Below are positions 61,395 through 64,000 of a stretch of DNA of 64,000 bases, in pieces; within the stretch, counting starts at the first letter, position 1, and the number at the start of each line of letters is the position of its first letter. Source of the DNA: Diplonema japonicum (lineage: Eukaryota > Protista > Euglenozoa: Diplonemea); the NCBI GenBank assembly GCA_964019335.1, contig OZ025687.1, positions 496,001 through 560,000 on the forward strand. Reading direction: 5' to 3'. The translations under genes and the position numbers were made by a program. A model generated the notes under the pieces. That model saw only the letters and a program-made list of their open reading frames with translations, ran no database searches and had not been told where the DNA came from.

Positions 61395-62395
61395 ATGATG
61401 TTTGCAATGATGGCGGCGGCGCTTGTGGTGGCGGAGGCACCACCCTGCAAAACATTTGCGGAGATCTACGGGAACGGGAAGAACCTGTGCGAGAAGATGT
61501 GGGGTGACGCCTTCGTGTACGTGAAGCCTGAGGACGGGCCTGCGTACGACATGTGGTGGGGAGGAGGGCCCAACCCCAACGACGATGTCACCAAGACCTT
61601 GCACGACAAGGGGGTCAACTTCTTCGATTACGACCCCGAAGCCAACTCGGTGACGAAGTGCCTGGACTCGCACCACAAGCACTCCCCGTCGCCTACTGCG
61701 AACATGACAGAATGCCAGGTGTGGTCGGACAACAACTGTTGTAAGAAGGAAACGGTGCGCAGTGCTGATGCGCTCAACGAGGCCTATGGGAAGGAGTACC
61801 ACTGGAACAGGTGCGGGGAGCTGTCGGACTCTTGCAAGAGGTACTTCGTGTACGAGGCATGCCTTTACGAGTGCGACCCTGCGGCCGCCCTGTGGAGGAG
61901 GTTCCTCACCCACGAGAATGCCACAGCGCACCCGAGGCACTACAACAACAGCGACCCCAACGAGCGCAACAAATGGGAGCTCTACAAGATGCCCATCAAG
62001 GCAGGGACTTGCGATGGGTGGTATGAAGCCTGCAAGAATGACCTGTTCTGCAGTCTCGACAGTGGGAACTACTTCTCGTGCGCCAAGGAGTACGTCCGTC
62101 ACGATAACACTGCCAGCAACGACGACGACAGCCTCCCCCCTGGGTGGATCGCCGTCATTAGCGGGCTGTGCGTCCTCTTCTTGGCCATCACCTGCTACCT
62201 TATCTACATCATCACGAAGGAGAAGCAGGGCAAGGTGTGGGAAATGAATCAAATGTTTATTTTTAAAAAAAAATAATATAAAAAAAACAGCCTGTTTTCT
62301 ACCAGCCCGTTGCCGCCTCAGAGGCAGCAGCGAACCACCCTGAGGCGGTCGAGATGAGCAAGCCTGAGTCCACTGCTGGTCAGGAGACAGCTTAG
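61395..62395 (+). CDS. Folate receptor / riboflavin-binding family protein with a C-terminal TM helix; intron 62235-62290
   Basis: Signal peptide, CLDSHHKHSPSP, ECQVWSDNNCC, WNRCG.LS..CKRYF, CLYECDP, CDGWYEACK. TM WIAVISGLCVLFLAITCYLIYII. Spliced tail KEKQGK|PVFYQPV..ETA*. Confidence 0.88.
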
Positions 62396-62791
62396 GTTGC
62401 TTTTTTTTTTTACACATGATTTCTTTTTTTTTTCCCCCCCTCTTTTTTTTTAAAGAAAGTATCTCCTCTCTCTCGCCCCCCTTTTTCTTCCTTACTTGTA
62501 AGCAGCATGCCTCGCCGGCAGTAGCGCTGATGGTGTGTGTGGGGGGGCTTTTTTTTATATATTATTTGTAAGAGACATGAGAATTTTTTGCAGAATAATA
62601 GAATGTTGGCTTTCTTTTAATTTTTCTTGGGCTTATTGATGGTGCCCTTGGTAGGTGCTGACGCGATTGTCTGTTCCGTTGGGGGAAGGAGAAAAAATTC
62701 GCACCGATACCCACTGTTATCTGCCTCACTCTTCCAAGAGACGAAATTGTCGTGGGGTTTATTATTATTATTATTATTCTTTACTGGCTTT

Positions 62792-62832
<41 letters not shown>

Positions 62833-63434
62833 GTGTCCGTGTCGTCTGAAGATAACATTAACTGGAATTAAAATGCAAGAAAGAAAACCAAAGCGTTTTT
62901 TTTTTTTTTTGCCCCTCCTTTTCATTTTTTCTCTCTTCTTTCATTTTCTTTTCTACCTTTATGCACGCACGAGAGGCCCTTCCTTCAAATATGCTTTTTT
63001 TTTTTTGTTCTGTTTTTTTTTTTTTTTTTTTTTCTCTTGTTGTATTATTACAGGGTATTCATTATACCCTCTTTTTTTCCTCCTTTTTTTTTTGTTTTAC
63101 ACGGTTTTTGTTTGGCTCATCCAACTAGAACTGTGCAGGGTTGCCTTTTGATCTCCCTTACTTTTTGTTTTCTTTTTTTTGGGGAAAAAAAAAAAAACAA
63201 AACAAAATAACATCAATCATCCCCTCTCCCCCCTCCCCTTCTTCTTTTTCCTTTTTATGTTCCCCCTTGTAAACATTCCCCCTCCCTTTGTGTTTTTCTT
63301 TTTTCTCTTTCCATCCCAATGTCATCTACGTCATTTACTAATTTAATCTTTTGTTTTTTTTTTTTTTCTGTTAAGACGGAACAAAAAAAAATCAAAAAAA
63401 AGAGGGAATTGGAAGAAAAAAAAAGAAAAAAAAA

Positions 63435-64000
63435 ATGACCTCAGCAAGCATGGCTTTGATATTTGGTGTCGTTGACGCACCAAAACCGCAACCCGTGCCC
63501 AAACCCCCCGAGGCAAAGAGAAAACCATCGGTCCCTACCCGACAGCAAAATTCAACAACGGGCGATACAAAACCTGCAGTACACAAGCTCGAAGGAGTTG
63601 TGATGTGTGTTGCGTACGAAATAAGCGCAGAGAGTCTACAAGAAGACACCATCAAAGAAGTCATAAACCGTGTGTTTGAAATAACAAAGAACACGTTCAG
63701 CCCGCAGAAGTACCACAACACCTCTGAAGTAGCAGCCATCAATATGATGAGAGCTAACGAGTACCTGAAGCCCTCAAAGGAAATGTGCGAACTGCTACGT
63801 ACCATCACCACTCTGAACAAGGACACTCTAGGCGTGTTCGACCCGACTGCAGACACCGTTCTCTCAGAATGGGAACAAGCCATCGACAACGTCGACAACC
63901 TTCCCGCGGTGGAAGAGTTAAAAAACAAAATCTCGAAAAAAACCGCAGCAGCGGAAAAAATAAGCTGGGGGAGGTTGTTCTCGTTCAACGAAACACGCCA
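63435..64000 (+). CDS. ApbE-like (FAD:protein FMN transferase) domain protein, 3'-truncated; possibly the N-terminus of a fumarate-reductase-type fusion
   Basis: Open frame to the window end, absent from the ORF track. Manual translation gives MTSASM...VMCVAYEI...FS......SEVAAIN...PSKEMCELL...TLGVFDPT...W, matching ApbE N-terminal motifs. Confidence 0.68.
   Translation, partial: MTSASMALIFGVVDAPKPQPVPKPPEAKRKPSVPTRQQNSTTGDTKPAVHKLEGVVMCVAYEISAESLQEDTIKEVINRVFEITKNTFSPQKYHNTSEVAAINMMRANEYLKPSKEMCELLRTITTLNKDTLGVFDPTADTVLSEWEQAIDNVDNLPAVEELKNKISKKTAAAEKISWGRLFSFNETR

Noticed and set aside
61374-62417. 347-aa minus-strand ORF, and likewise 63392..63988 (-)
   Set aside because: Antisense to well-supported + strand genes.
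1-64000. tRNA, rRNA or spliced-leader RNA genes
   Set aside because: No cloverleaf, rRNA or spliced-leader signature recognised by eye; a covariance-model scan is needed to exclude them.

Overview
Eukaryotic, almost certainly euglenozoan DNA. It has a BILBO1-family gene, a kinetoplastid-style Sem1/Dss1 and an ApbE-like domain resembling trypanosomatid fumarate reductase. Frequent short GT-AG introns favour a diplonemid-like organism over a trypanosomatid. All ~22 supported genes lie on the + strand, consistent with one polycistronic unit. They sit in dense clusters separated by deserts of A/T/C/G homopolymers, and most short ORFs in the track are homopolymer or antisense artefacts. I reconstructed 15 introns (13 of 31-45 nt), which join several ORF-track fragments into single genes. 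Genes include a P4-ATPase flippase, an EF-hand LPCAT-like acyltransferase, Sem1, a WD40/coiled-coil protein, a 1449-aa secreted protein, a STE20 kinase, an ATP-grasp-like enzyme, a PQQ-propeller receptor kinase, FKBP/TPR, MYND, CCHC, cNMP-binding and PHD proteins, BILBO1-like, a PHO80-type cyclin, Iwr1, RPL28, a folate-receptor-family protein and a truncated ApbE protein missed by the ORF track. Mobile DNA comprises a decayed piggyBac element, a TTAA MITE and several inverted-repeat elements. The most notable observations are a circularly permuted, membrane-anchored folate/riboflavin receptor next to an ApbE flavinyl-transferase, introns made of pure poly(A) or (CA)n, and orphan intron-containing gene fragments in the deserts. 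All family calls come from motif recall, with no database search.
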